Source: Octopus vulgaris (taxonomy: Eukaryota). From it: a stretch of 64,000 nucleotides of DNA. The translations under genes and the position numbers were made by a program. Below, piece after piece: positions 37,200-51,355 of the stretch; the stretch's first letter is position 1; the number at the start of each line of letters is the position of its first letter. The notes beneath the pieces were generated by a model. It saw only the letters and a list, made by a program, of their open reading frames with translations. It was not told the origin of the DNA and searched no databases. The DNA lies in assembly GCA_951406725.2 (NCBI GenBank), contig OX597822.1, positions 116,374,001-116,438,000 of the forward strand. Direction: 5' to 3'.

Positions 37200-37711
37200 C
37201 GTGTATATATATGTGCATGCATGTGAGTATGTGTTTATGTATGTGTGTATGTATGTATGAATGTATTATAAATGTATGTATGCGTACATGCGTGTAAGTA
37301 TATGTTTATGTATGTAAGTGCATATATGTGTGTGTGTGTGTGTGTGTTTGCACATTAACACTTCATTGTTAACCTGTCTGTCACATAAGCCGTTAGTTGC
37401 AGAGTGGTATCATATCCTTGTTGCTAGGTCACAGCACATAATTTGGGAATACATCACTGTTGCTATGTCATAAAAACACAAAAACACAGTCAAAAGCCGA
37501 GAATAATTCTCTCTCTCTCTCCCTCTCTCTCTCTCCCTATCTCTCTCCTTTTTTCTATTTCTTCCTTTCCTCTCTTGCTCCTCTTCTCTTTCCTCCTGCT
37601 CTCCCCCTCTCTCTCCATTTCTTTCTCCAGAAATGAAATAACTGAAATTATTTTTCATCCGTATCAGAGTCCACACCTTTGTGGTTGTTATTCTCTTTCC
37701 ACATCCAATAA

Positions 37712-37776
<65 letters not shown>

Positions 37777-37889
37777 TCCTTGCTTTCGCTCTCTCTTTCT
37801 CTTTCCTTTTTATTTGTCAATTTTTCTTTTACGTATTTGTTTTTCTTTGTTTTTGTATATTTTCTTTGCTCTTTTCGCTCATGCATTGT

Positions 37890-38760
37890 TGTTTAAACAC
37901 AGGCTCAGTTCTGATGAAGCAAAACATACGATCAAAGACATCCCAGCTGTGACTGTCACGTCTTTTTGTATATCAGGCATGACATCATTCTTTAAAATAG
38001 TAAGATGTAATCTGAGGGAGATTTGGTTACTATTTCTAGCAGGGCAAGTGACCATGTAGAGGCTTTCTTGTTGGTTTGATGTTGCCACTATTATTTTGTT
38101 ATTGTCATAGATTTAAACTCCGGTCAGTTCTGATCAAGCAGAATGTGTGGTCAAAGACGTTCCAGCCTTGACCATCATATCATTTTATGTATCATGCACT
38201 ATGTCATCCAATGTATCCTTCTTTAAGATAGCAAGATGTAATCTGAGGGAGATTTGGCTACTATTTCTAGCAGGGCAAGTGACCATGTAGTGGCATTCTT
38301 GGTTTATTGTTATCACTGTTGTTTTGTTGTTGTTGTGGGTCAGTTCTGATCAAGCAGAACATAAGATCAAAGACGTTTCAGTCGTGACCATCATACTTTT
38401 TTGTATATCATACACTATGTCATCCAACGTATCCTTCTTTAAGATAGCAAGATGTAATCTGAGGGAGATTTGGCTACTATTTCTAGCAGGGCAAGTGACC
38501 ATGTAGTGGCATTCTTGGTTTATTGTTATCACTGTTGTTTTGTTGTTGTTGTGGGTCAGTTCTGATCAAGCAGAACATAAGATCAAAGACGTTTCAGTCG
38601 TGACCATCACACTTTTTTGTATATCATACACTATGTCATCCAACGTATCCTTCTTTAAGATAGCAAGATGTAATCTGAGGGAGATTCGGCTACTATTTCT
38701 AGCATGGCAAGCGACAGTGTAGAGGCTTTTTTGTTGGCTCGCTGTTGTTTTTGTTGTTGT
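37890..38760 (+). repeat. Tandem array of 4 units (~216 bp) of an old interspersed repeat (family E)
   Basis: CAGTTCTGATCAAGCAG...GAGGGAGATTTGGCTACTATTTCTAGCAGG units; dispersed relatives near 7575, 20180, 43120 and 55170. Confidence 0.85.
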
Positions 38761-38931
38761 TGTGAGATACCTATAAGGCAATGCATGTGTTTGTATGTGT
38801 GTGTGTATGTGTTTGTGAGTGTGTATTGCTACATGTGTGGTGTCTATACAGTCATGTGTGTATAGTGTATGTGTTCTTGTGTATGTGATGTGTCTGTGTG
38901 CATGCACAAATGTTTGCATCAATATGCATCA

Positions 38932-38979
<48 letters not shown>

Positions 38980-39704
38980 TTTTGCATGTCTGTATATATT
39001 ATGTACATGTGTATGTGCTTGTGCTCCACATGCACAAAAACATGCAGCCCCCGAAGCACTTACGCCAGGTGACAGCATCAAGAGGGCCTTTGTGGTGGGC
39101 AATGATGGATGGCTAAAAGGAAGAAAATATGCGTGTGTGTGTGTGTGTTTGCTTGTATGTATGTGTTTGTGTGTGTTTGTGTATGTGTTTGTGTGGGTGT
39201 ATGGATTTGTGTGTGTGTGTGTGTAATTACATGCATGTCTGCACCCATGTGTATGAAGGCCTTTGCACCTTGGTTTGTGCATGTATGTGTTCTTGCTAGT
39301 AAGTCCATGTATGTGTGTGTGTATATGTGCATGCATATTTCAGCATGGATAAATGTGTGTGTGTGTGTGCACATAACTATGTGTATGTGTTTATGCACAG
39401 AAGTGTGTCTGTGTATATACATATATGCGTATAGGTGCATGTGTATATACATATATGTATAGGTACATATATACGTGTATATATGTATGTGTGCATATGT
39501 GTCTATATATATGCACACATAGGTGCATATGTGCATATATATGTGTATGTATGTGTATATATGTGTACATATATATGTGTATATATGTAAGAGTTGCATG
39601 CATGTGTATGTACATGTGTGCATGTGTAAATATTATAGATGTGTTGGTCATTATTGGATTTCATGGCAATCATAATCAAGTAAGCAAGGATGCACATGCA
39701 TAAA

Positions 39705-40040
39705 AATCATCATCATCATCATCATCATCATTTAATGTCCGTTTTCCATGCTGCCAAGGGTTGGATGACTCAAAAGGAACTGGCAAGACTAGCGTCCGTA
39801 CCAGGCTCCATAGTCTGTTTTGGCTTGGTTTCTATAGGCTGGGTGCCCTTCCTAATGCCAACCACTTTACAGTGTGTACAGGGTGCTTTCTATTTGGTAC
39901 CATCACCAGTGCTTTCTACTTGGTACCATCATCACTACCTTGTACGTGGTACCAGCACCAGTGCTTGTTACATGGTACCATCACCGGTGCTTTTTATGTG
40001 GCACCATCACCGGTGCTTTTTATGCGGTACCAGCCCTGAT
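39705..40040 (-). mobile_element. Family A copy with ~24-bp internal repeats
   Basis: (CAT)n, GCCCTTCCTAATGCCAACCAC, repeated TGGTACCATCACCAGTGC. Confidence 0.7.
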
Positions 40041-40299
40041 GCATTTCTGTCCAGTTGAGGGCAGATAAGGGTAAGTCGAGGGCTGCTTTGACCAGTACTT
40101 TGTTACGTGTGAAAAGGGAAGTTGTGCAGAACCCGTGTTCTACAAGTAGAGAAGTCTTCTAAGATTGTGACAGGGAAGAGATATCATAAACTACCAGAAA
40201 TAAAGAGGAAGAATGTGGCCATAAACAGAAACAGAAAGGAAGCAACAGAAAGTAGCAACCACACCCTCACCTGCACGTAGAGCGGGGAGAGCATGTAGA

Positions 40300-40688
40300 G
40301 CATAAGGCCTCAAATTTGGGGGAAGGGATTAAGTTAATTTCATCAGCCTCAGTGCATAACTGGTACTTATTTAATCCACCCCAAAAGGATGGAAGGCCAA
40401 GTCGACCTCGGTGGAATTTGAACTCAGAACGTAGCGGCAGATGAAATACTTATTTCTTTACTACCCACAAAGGGGCTAAACACAGAGAGGGCAAACAAGG
40501 ACAGACAAACGGATTAAGTCGATTATATCGACCCCAGTGTGTAACTGGTACTTATTTAATCGACCCCGAAAGGATGGAAGGCCAAGTCGACCTTGGCGGA
40601 ATTTGATCTCAGAACGTAGCGGCAGACGAAATACTGCTAAGCATGTCATCCAGCATGCTAACGATTCTGCCAGCTTGCCTCCTTAAGG
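40300..40688 (-). mobile_element. Family C SINE (full copy plus adjacent partial copy)
   Basis: Duplicated AACTGGTACTTATTTAATC...CAAGTCGACC...CTCAGAACGTAGCGGCAGA. Confidence 0.75.
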
Positions 40689-41140
40689 GACAAGCATGAT
40701 AATAATAATAATGATAATAATAATAATAAATAAAAAAAAAAAGCAGTCCCTGGAGTCAAGTGTCCATTATTGTCCTCCTTACAGTAAGTCGCTGTTTGAG
40801 CAATTTATAAAAAGATTTCAACAGTGTTAATGTGTTTTTAATTTTTCAGTTCTGAATCCTACTTAACATTTTCGTCAGCCATACATAGCAAGCTATGCTC
40901 TTTACACACATCTTGCATTATAAAGCTGCACATATTCAACAATTTACATATATGCGTTTATATACATATATATGTATGTGTGTGTGTGTGTTTATATATA
41001 TATATATATAATATATATAAAATATATATAATATCATAGTATATATTATACTATATAAATATATGTCTTATATGTATGTACATATATATGGACTTATATA
41101 TAAATGTGTTTATGTTGTGTGTGCACACACACCCATATGT

Positions 41141-41219
<79 letters not shown>

Positions 41220-41315
41220 GATATACATATACACACATACACGTATGTGTATGCATATGTATGTACGTATGTATGTATATATCTATTTATCAATCTCTGT
41301 TTCCACCCCTCTCTC

Positions 41316-41351
<36 letters not shown>

Positions 41352-42607
41352 CAATGTTTGTAGCACAACTGCTGTGTCGATCTCTTAGAGAGATTTTAGA
41401 ACAAGCATTTTTGCTTATATATTTATATACACATATAATTTCTGTCTGTTTGTCTCTGTATATGCATTTTTATATTTTTTGTTTTCTTCAGTATTTATTT
41501 GTTTATTTATTCATTTTATATTTATTTCTTCGTTTGTCTGTCTGTCTGTCTGTTCTTTTTCCTATATTTTTGTTTTTATATATTTTTTTATAGTCATTTA
41601 TTTTATTTGTTTTACATTTGTTTTCGTTATTTATTGTTTATTTTGCAATTCCTTTTTTATTTATTTGTCTTTCAGCTTTTGTTTATGTATTTATTTATTA
41701 TTCATTATTTCACCTTTTGTTGTTGTTGTTGTTGTTGTTTATTTATTTCTGTCTCCTCCTCAATCATATTTACAAACCTCCTACTCCTACTATCTCTTCA
41801 TTGTCGACATGCCACCACCACCACCACCACCACCACTACCAACAACAACAACACTGCCGCCGCCGCCACCACCACTATCCACAACCACTACCACCATCTT
41901 CCACTACCCTCTACCACCACCACCACCACCACCACCACCACCACCACCACCACCACCTTCCACCACCACCACCTTCCACCACCACCACCACCTTCCACCA
42001 CCGCCGCCACCACCGCCACCACCACCACCACCTTCCACCACCACCCTCAAAAATGCATAGCTCATGCATGTATAAAGCTACCTAACTGCACATGCATGCA
42101 TAGTGATTAGGTGAAGGCGGCTGATAAGATTGAGTAGATATTCATTTGGGGGGGAGGGAGAGGTGGAGGAGTGGCAGTGGTGGCTGCAATGCTGTGCAGA
42201 AAGGGGGGGGGGGGGCAGCAGACATAACGGATGAGTTTCTCTCCATGGACGAGGTGGGAACCAGAAGAAGTGTTGGGTGCACGATTGGATGGTTGGATGG
42301 TTGGATGGCTGGTTGACTGAATGGATGGTTAGATTCTTTTTTTAGTTGGATGGTTGGGTGGATGGGTGGATGGGTGGGTGGGTGGGTGGAAAAGGTTTGG
42401 ATGAACGACTGGACTGATGGATGTGTGGAGGGTCAGGCAGATGATTTGATCAGTGACTGGATGACCGAATTGATGACTGGACAATGTGACAGATGGTTGA
42501 ATGGCTGAATGGTCGAATGGTTCAAATTGTTCAATGGTTGAATGGTTGAATAAATGGGTATTTTTTGTTGGATGAATTGGCTTAAGAAAAAATTATTTTG
42601 AATCAGT

Positions 42608-42630
42608 GAGAGAGAGAGAGGGAGATAGAT

Positions 42631-42681
<51 letters not shown>

Positions 42682-42684
42682 TAG

Positions 42685-42720
<36 letters not shown>

Positions 42721-42726
42721 AGGGAG

Positions 42727-42762
<36 letters not shown>

Positions 42763-42826
42763 AGATAGATAGAGAGAGAGAGGGAGGGAGATAGACAGAG
42801 AGAGAGAGAGAGAGAGAGGGAGGGAG

Positions 42827-42862
<36 letters not shown>

Positions 42863-42922
42863 AGATAGATAGAGAGAGAGAGGGAGATAGATAGACAGAG
42901 AGAGAGAGAGAGAGGGAGGGAG

Positions 42923-42958
<36 letters not shown>

Positions 42959-42964
42959 AGGGAG

Positions 42965-42998
<34 letters not shown>

Positions 42999-43017
42999 AG
43001 GGAGATAGATAGAGAGA

Positions 43018-43055
<38 letters not shown>
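42608..43055. repeat. Compound (GA)n/(GATA)n minisatellite
   Basis: Direct inspection. Confidence 0.95.
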
Positions 43056-43336
43056 AGAATGAGAAAATAGATAACAGACATGTTGTTGTTGTTGTTGTTG
43101 TTTGTTGTTGCATATCCGATGTCAGTTCCGATTGACCAGGCCTATGGTCAAAAGCGTTCCAGTTGTGACCATTTTAGGAATATGTCTGCAACAAATTGTC
43201 CTGTGTGCTGTTTCCTTTCCCAGAATGATAAGGGGTGTGATATGGGGGAGATTTGGTTGTTGTTTTTAGCATGTTGAGTGACTGAGTAGGGGCTACCTTG
43301 TTGGATCATTTTGGTGGATCAGGAGAAAGAAGGAAG

Positions 43337-43374
<38 letters not shown>

Positions 43375-43392
43375 TATAGCAATCTATCTATC

Positions 43393-43430
<38 letters not shown>

Positions 43431-44116
43431 CACATACATTTATATATATATATATATATATATAGATAGAGAGAGAGAGAGAGAGACAAACGACAAACAG
43501 ACAGACACAGCGACAGACAAATGGACAGACAGACAGACAGAAGGTATGAAGGAGAGAATGAGATTGTGTTGCTGCATGGCCGCATGGATAAATAATTGAG
43601 CTGTCAGAGAATCAGGGCAGGGAATCCAGTGCAGAGATTAAACGGTGATTAATTAAATAGCTTGGTGGATAGACTGGGTGGGTAAGATGGGGGTGTGGGG
43701 GAATGGGTAGGGAGTTGAGGAAGTGGGGCTAAAGACATTTTGTTCCCCATCTCTATCCCTGTGGCTCTCCTTTGTTGTTGAAGATGTTTATCTCCGTTGC
43801 CCACATTCTGGATTCACTGATGGCTGAATAATCCAAGTCTTGACACAGACCGAATACAAATTGTGGTCTTTGAGGGTTTTTGATGGCCAGGATCGACAGT
43901 ATGTCCTTTCTTTCACTGATTTTCTTCAACATGTTCAGTTCTGCCTTTTACAAACTGCTCAGTTCTCTGAGCAGAATGCAAGTTCATGGCATGGATGCTT
44001 ATTTACAGCTGAGTGGACACTGGTTGTTATGTGGTGATGGGGGGGACAAACACACACATGCATGCATACACACACACGTGCACATATACACAAACACACA
44101 CTCATGCTCAAATATA

Positions 44117-44676
44117 TTAGGGTACTGAAATACCAGCTTGCTAGAAATAGGAGTCAACACTCCAAAGTCACAAATTTCTCACTATTAAGAAGCACGCATG
44201 GTGAATGCAACGAATATAATAACAATAGGGTTTACTTTTGCATAAACCAAAAGCAAGAACAGATATCTTAGTATTTCACCTGATTTCACCTGGTTCACAT
44301 GCGCACTTAACGATCATCAGCCAAGCTTAGTGTATCCATCTATTTTTCAAAATGTTCATCCCGTTACACCATGTGCATTCACTTTTTGAATGTTGTGGGG
44401 GCATTCAAGTGAACAAATGTGCAGGATATAATGAAGTGAATATTTCGAAAAATAGATGGACACGCTAATCTTGGCTGATGATCCTTAAGTGTTAATCCAC
44501 AAAAGGTGAAATCACTTGAGACCAAGATTTTTGTTCTTGCTTTGCGGTTTATGCAAAGGTAAGGCCTATTTTTATTATATTCGTTGCATTCACTGTGTCT
44601 TTCTTAACAGTGAGAAATTTGTGACTTTGGAATGTTGACTCCTATTTCTAGCAAGCTGGTATTTCGGTATCCTAAT
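44117..44676. mobile_element. Long inverted repeat (~240-bp arms), Penelope-like, each arm with a hammerhead-like core
   Basis: TTAGGGTACTGAAATACCAGCTTGCTAGAAATAGGAGTCAACA... versus ...TGTTGACTCCTATTTCTAGCAAGCTGGTATTTCGGTATCCTAA. Confidence 0.75.
44467..44529 (+). ncRNA. Hammerhead-like motif, cleavage-site U mutated
   Basis: AATCTTGG-CTGATGA-TCCTT...AAGGT-GAAA-TCA(CT)TGA-GA-CCAAGATT; 8-bp stem I. Confidence 0.55.
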
Positions 44677-44973
44677 TTATTTGTATATTTCGCCTATTTA
44701 AGTTAAACTTACTGGCCACTATAGTATTGTTATTTTTAATAATGGTAATAATATTTATTAAATTATGTATATATATATATGTATATATATACACACAACA
44801 GGCTTCTTTCAGTTTCCATCCACCAAATCCACTCACAAGGATTTGTTTGGCCTGAGGCTAGAGTAGAAGACAGTTGCCCAAAATGCCATGCAATGGGACT
44901 GAACCTAAGACCATGTGGTTGGGAAGCAAGCTTCTTACCACACAGCCATGCCTACACCTATCACAGCCACCTT

Positions 44974-45005
<32 letters not shown>

Positions 45006-45326
45006 CATCTATACTCTTTACTCTTTTACTTGCTTCGGTCATTTGACTGCGGCCATGCTGGAGCACTGCCTTTAATCGAACAACTCGACCCTGGGACTTA
45101 TTCTTTGTAAGCCCAGTACTTATTCTATCGGTCTCTTTTTTGCCGAACCACTAAGTGATATTTTTTTCCTAATCCTTTCTGTTGAAGAGGGTAGTTTCAA
45201 AATGTAAAAGACTTTTCCATTTTACCTGAACGTTAAACTGATACACCTGTTTGTTGTTCCTACTCCTGTCTTCACCTTCTTTTGTTTTCTGTAAATTTAA
45301 ACTCTATCTATCTATCTATCTATCTA

Positions 45327-45730
45327 TTGGAGTGGCTGTGTGGTAAGTAGCTTGCTTACCAACCACATGGCTCCGGGTTCAGTCCCACTATGTGACACCT
45401 TGGGCAGGTGTCTTCTACTATAGCCTCGGGCCGACCAAAGCCTTGTGAGTGGATTTGGTAGACAGAAACTGAAAAAAGCCTGTCGTATGTATGTATATGT
45501 ATACATGTGTGTGTGTGTGTTTGTGTGTCTGTATTTGTCCCCCCAGCATCGCTTGACAACCGATGCTGGTGTGTTTACATCCCTGTAACTTAGCAGATCG
45601 GCAAAAGAGACCGATAGAATAAGTACTAGGCTTACAAAGAATAAGTCCTGGGGTCGATTTGCTTGACTAAAGGCAGTGCTCCAGCATGGCCGCAGTCAAA
45701 TGACTGAAGCAAGTAAAAGAGTAAAAGAGT
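45327..45730 (+). mobile_element. Family B SINE, full length (further minus-strand pieces at 44795-45158 and 45760-45905)
   Basis: Complete head, body and GTAAAAGAGTAAAAGAG tail. Confidence 0.85.
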
Positions 45731-47671
45731 ATATATATATATACACACACACTTACATACAATGGTCTTCTTTCAGTTTCCATCTACAAAGTTCATTCAC
45801 AAGGCTATAATAGAAGACACTAGCTCAAGGTGACATGCAGCAGAACTGAACCTGAAACTACATGGTTGGTAAGCAAATTTCTTAGCTACACACCCATACC
45901 CATGCCCCTTGAACCAAAAGGTGCTAACCTTGTCTCATTAAGTGAACATAAGAATAATGATGACGCTGATGTCTCTCTTGGTCTCCAACTAATTTTCCAG
46001 ACACAAAAATCTCTCTTTCGCCCCATTACAATTTATTTTCCCTTCTGTATGTATAATCAACAACATGCAGCTTTATACAAGCCTTATAAGCTGTTCATTT
46101 TTGTTTTAGTGCTCAAACTTTTTTGATATTTCTGCCAATAAATCTGTGCTCATATCAGCAGCAAATTTAGGCAGCAAAGAACAGTGATATAAGATGCATA
46201 CCATCACCTGCACCTTTGTAATGTAGCAGAATTGAATTCTCCATAAGTGGTTGCATTTGTTTACCTACATGACACAATCCACCTACTTTTATAACAAAGC
46301 TAGTATTCATATAGACTGTGAGGTGACGTGATGGACTTGTCCTAAATACTCAATAATCTGCTGAGGGAGAAATGTGTGTGTGTGCATGTGTATGTGTGTG
46401 TATGCATGTGTGTGTATGTGCATGCGTATGTGTTTATGGGCATGCATGTGTGCATGTGTATGTGTATGTTAGTGCATCCAGCAATTTTCAAGCCTAGAGT
46501 CAGGTTTCATAGATAAGCTGTAGGTTGCTTTTTTTGTCCCCTTTATTTGCATTTTAACACGGGTAGTGGTGAATAGAGGAGGGATAATAACGAGAGGAGG
46601 TCGGTGACGAGAAGAGTAACACCAATATCGAAATTACTTATGCAAAAAGAAAACAAAACATTCTGGTTTACAACAGATCCACAGAGAATAAGATTCATAA
46701 ATAAAGAACAAGAGCGAAAAATGTAGCTTAAAATAGGCCACAAAAAATTGTATAACAAGTATAAAGTACAGAAGAATCAATAGACATCGACAATATATTC
46801 AGCAAAAAGCAAAATGTTTTGTAATTCAGAATGTGGAAAATAGTTTTGTGTTTCAGTTCATTGCTTATATCAGACAGCAAAAGAAAGTGTGTTTGATATA
46901 TAGAGAAGAAGCACACCAGACAAGGAGTTACTGTTCAAAACATTTGTCAGCATAAAGTAACAGAATTACTTTTTACAGAGATGAGTTTAAAGTGTGTACA
47001 GCAGTGGTCCTCAACTGAGGTCCACATGAGCCTTGGGGGTCCATATAAGATTTTGTTGTTTATGTGCAATAAATTGTTATACTTTTACAAGATACAAAAT
47101 ATTTGAACATTTTCTTCAATACAATTTTTAATAATATTTTATTATAAAAACAAAGAATATATTTGTGTGTGTGTAGGTACAGGCTTAGAGCCTGTACCTG
47201 CACACACACACACACACACACAGAGTTATGCATGCATGTAAATAAATTGCTGCATGTGAGTCTTCCCACTGTATGCACACTTTGCAGAAACAGCAACACC
47301 ATAAATACAAGTGTATTTGTTTACATCTGCTGCAAAACCATATTTGCCCATTGAGTTGTTCATTGTTCAAAGGACATGGGGGGCGGGGGGAATTGCACCT
47401 TACTTGGAAACAAATGTGACAAGAAGAGCATCAGGCTATAAAAAAAACTGCTTTTCATTATGTTCTGTTTGAGCCATGCCAGCAGGGGAAAACGGATGTT
47501 GAAATGTCGATGATGATTGTGATAATGATGAAAGCTTGTAGTGAGGCTAAACTGAAGGGGTCACTTATTGCCCATGCAAATTAGCTGAAGGACATTTATT
47601 TCAGTGAGATACGGGGGGGTGGGGAAACTAATGGATAATATGAAACCTAAAAGAAGAGTGAAATGAACTTG

Positions 47672-48420
47672 TGTTGTGGGGGAAAATGGTACTCCCCTTC
47701 CCATGGGACAAAATGGGAAGGGGAACCAGTCAGAGAGTCAGTTGCTGGACGTCAGTAGTAGTAGAGTCACATGAGTTCACACATGGAGTCAGTGTCGGTT
47801 ACGTGATGTATACGAGTTTGAGTTACCATCAAGGTAGACATTTCAAAGTCATTGTCTTGAAGAGATATCAGCAAAAGCATGATAGACGAGTCACAGGTAA
47901 GAAGACGTGGAATACTGCCACAGCATAATAGTGGCGACAAGAATATTACAGTTCAGACAATAACATACAAGTGGACGAGGATCTCACATTATAACAACTA
48001 GATACATATCTTCTGCATCAAGGATCCTCCAAGACCATTGCAAAATCTTTGCATCATCATTATAACTAGTCTTGATATTCTAGGTTTGATAAGCTTGGCC
48101 AAAAATTAGTTAATACAAATGGGAGTCTATGGAATTTCATAGATCAAAGATGTCGGAACATCATCTGTTGGAAAATATGTCATTTAATGCATGTATCAAA
48201 CAGGAAATGATATTGAAGTTTAACAGAGTCAACATTTCTCAAGAGGTAGGGCCTAAAATCGTTGATGTCTGTTACGTAACCAAAAGGAAGACATTTTCTA
48301 AATGCAAAGTTTTTAGTCATAAATATGCATTTATTTATGGGGAATGTCCTGCATTTGGAAATATATGCAAATTGGGCAACACAGAGAATTACTTTCAATC
48401 AAGTTTGTAGGCTTTAAAAT
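47672..48420 (+). mobile_element. Gypsy-type 5' LTR, PBS and gag remnant
   Basis: LTR TGTTGTG(47672)...CACAGCA(47925); PBS-like TGGCGACAAG (47932); gag knuckle remnant CKVFSHKYAFIYGECPAFGNICKLGNTENYF. Confidence 0.65.
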
Positions 48421-48770
48421 GAAAATTACAGAGCAAATTGAAGAACGAATTGATGGTGTAGGGCCTGATGCTGAAATGAATGTGTTCCTTATTCAAGGCA
48501 AGGAATGAACCTACTCACCTCGAGTTAAATTGAATAACATTAGTGGATGATGGAAACAAATTTATTTTAATTCCCAAAACTTTTGGATACCAACTGGTTG
48601 ACCAAAACTTTTCAAAAGCTGTCAACAATTTCATCAGTCTTGAAATTATTTTGAAATTATTTTGATAACGGCTGCATAGTATATCATCATCATTATCATT
48701 TAGCTTCCATTTTCCATGCTGTCATGAGTTGGATAGCTATCAAGAAGACTGCATCAGGTTGCAGTCTTCT

Positions 48771-49006
48771 TAAGGTGGTGAGCTGGCAGAAACGTTAGCA
48801 CGCCGGGCAAAATGTTTAGCGGTATTTCGTCTGCCATTACATTCTGAGTTCAAATTACACTGAGGTCGACTTTGCCCTTCATTCTTTTGGAATCGATAAA
48901 TTAAGTACCAGTTATGCACTGGGGTCGATGTAATCGACTTAATCCCTTTGTCTGTCCTTGTTTGTCCTCTCTATGTTTAGCCCCTTGTGGGCAGTAAAGA
49001 AATAAG
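48771..49006 (+). mobile_element. Family C SINE inserted into a family A copy (48680-49120)
   Basis: Head AAGGTGGTGAGCTGGCAGAA...GAGTTCAAATT; flanking near-duplication AAGAAGACTGCATCAGG / AAGAAAACTGCACCAGG. Confidence 0.8.
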
Positions 49007-49119
49007 AAAACTGCACCAGGCTGCACTGTCTGTTTTGACATGGTTTTTTTTTTATGGCTGCATGCCCTTCCTAATGCCAACCACTTTCAGATTGGAGTGA
49101 GTGGTTTCCATGTGACACC

Positions 49120-49175
<56 letters not shown>

Positions 49176-50529
49176 GTCTCTCTCTCTCTTGCAGTCATGC
49201 ATGGTCAAATATTCTATCTCCACAATGGACTATGGAACCAAAGACAATTTGTTTTCTGCAATGACAAACAAGCTGTCTATGCAAACAACTCAAAGCAGTT
49301 GTGTCTCCCATAAAGTAACAACCATCGTAATACATAAATAAAATGGACTGTCTCAACAAGCAATTAATATTGTTCTTCTTCACTTATTTATTCAATGCAA
49401 CATATCACTGCACATTGGTTTGTATACTTGGTGAACTTCTGACTCGAGAACCATTTGCCTCCTTGACTAAGTGCTGCTAAAATTGCTTCCTTTTAGACTA
49501 AAGTTTTGAATAATTTTTATTTCCAAATCTTCTAAAACAAGAATATCTAACAGGACAGTCTCTTGAACTGGTTACATTTTTGCTGACAGAAAGAAAGAAC
49601 CCTTCCTTCTCTTCCTTCCTTCCTCCTTCCTTCTCTCCCTCCCTCACTCATTCACGCCAGAAAATTCTATTTGAAAGACATCCAATACCAATGCATGCAG
49701 GTATGCATATAGGAGTAGATATTTCAGGAAATGGAATCAGTCTGAGAAAAATAACAAATAAAACATTAAAAATATATCAGAGGGAAATGAAATATCTTTA
49801 AATAAATAAACTAATATATAAATACAAAATATACAAATACAAAATACAAAATAGAAAACAAGATTTTATTTTATTTTTAAAGTTTCAAAATAATTTAATC
49901 TTTAATTTTTTTTTTCTTACATTGTTCATAGAATTTGCTAAGCAGAGTATATTTTAATTAATTAGATTCAGCATTTAGTGATTTTTAGTTGAACAACCTT
50001 TTAGACCTGTGTTGAGTAATTCTAGTAATTCCTTCTGCTTTTGCAGCTGCTGGTGTCTGGAAGGCAAAATGGTATGATGCCACATTCTGGGCTCCAATTT
50101 CAAATTTTCAAACAAAGAAATTTTCAGAACGAATGAAATTACTCCACCTAATGATGTTGTTGTTGTGGTGGTGGCAGTGATGGTGGTGGTGGTGATGAAG
50201 GTGATATTGTTCATAGTGATGGAGGTAGTGGTGGGGATGGCGATGTTGATGTTGGTGGTGGTGGTGGAAGTGGTGGTGGTGATGGTTGTGGTTGTGTTGG
50301 TGGCAATGATGGTGGTGTTATTGATGGTGGTGGTTGTGAAGTTGTTGTTGGTAGTGATGATGATAGAAGTGTTGGCAGTGATGTTGGCGGTGTTGTTGGT
50401 AAAGGTGGTGAGGGTGGTGGTGATATTTGTGCTGGTGTTGTTAGTGGTGATGATGGAGGTGATATTGTTGGTGGTGGTGGTGGTGGTGATGCTGATAATG
50501 GCTACTATTTATACATCATATACTGATGA

Positions 50530-50560
<31 letters not shown>

Positions 50561-51355
50561 AGTGGTGATAGCAGTTGTGGCATTGATATTCTTTTTTATT
50601 GTAGGTGTGTGCACGTGTGAGTGTGTATATGTATATAGATATGCATGTGAGTGTATGTATGCGTGTGTGTGTTTGTACATGTAAGTGTATGTGTATGATG
50701 ATGGTGATAATGATGATGATGATGGCAGCTGTGGTATTGATCTTTTTCACTTTTATTCTAGGTGTGTGCGTAAATATATGTGTGGATATGTGTGTGAAAA
50801 TGTGTGTGGATATGTGTGTGTATGTGCAGGTTTGACAGTGTATATGTGTGCATAAGTGTGTATATGTGTTTGCATGTATGTGTACAAGTATGCATGTATG
50901 TATGTACATGAATATAGATGTGTATTTGGGTATGAAAGTGTATGCATATGCATTCGTGTATATGTGTGTGAATATATATATGTGTGCGTATTTGCATATG
51001 TAAGTGTATGCCTAGGGTTTTGCTTATACATATGTGTGTGTATGCATATGTGAGTAATAAGTATGTGTATGAGGATGATGATGATGATGATGATAACTGT
51101 TGAAGTATTGATCGTTCTTGCTTCTAATGCAGGTGTGTGTGTGTGTGCATAGATCTGTATATATACATATGAATGTGTATGTTTGTGTATGTGTATGTAT
51201 ATGTCTGGACATATCTGTGTATGTATATGTGTGCATGCATATATGTGTGTCTACATATGTGTTTATGCATGTATGTATGTATGTACATGATTGTGTATGT
51301 GTCTATATATGTGTGTGTGTACATATGTGTGTATGTGTGTTTGTGTATGTGAGTT

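Noticed and set aside
37905-37935. CTGATGAAGC..AAAAC
   Set aside because: A point variant of the family E unit CTGATCAAGC, with no stems
43560-43670. Enhancer-like cluster of TAAT/GATA motifs
   Set aside because: Short motifs are expected by chance in AT-rich DNA; no conservation data
45327-45400. tRNA genes at SINE heads (also 11480-11563, 24630-24707, 35138-35205)
   Set aside because: A/B-box-like motifs continue into SINE bodies; no complete cloverleaf
49975-50150. Possible exon (plus or minus strand)
   Set aside because: Splice-like signals on both strands, no recognisable product, cannot be chained
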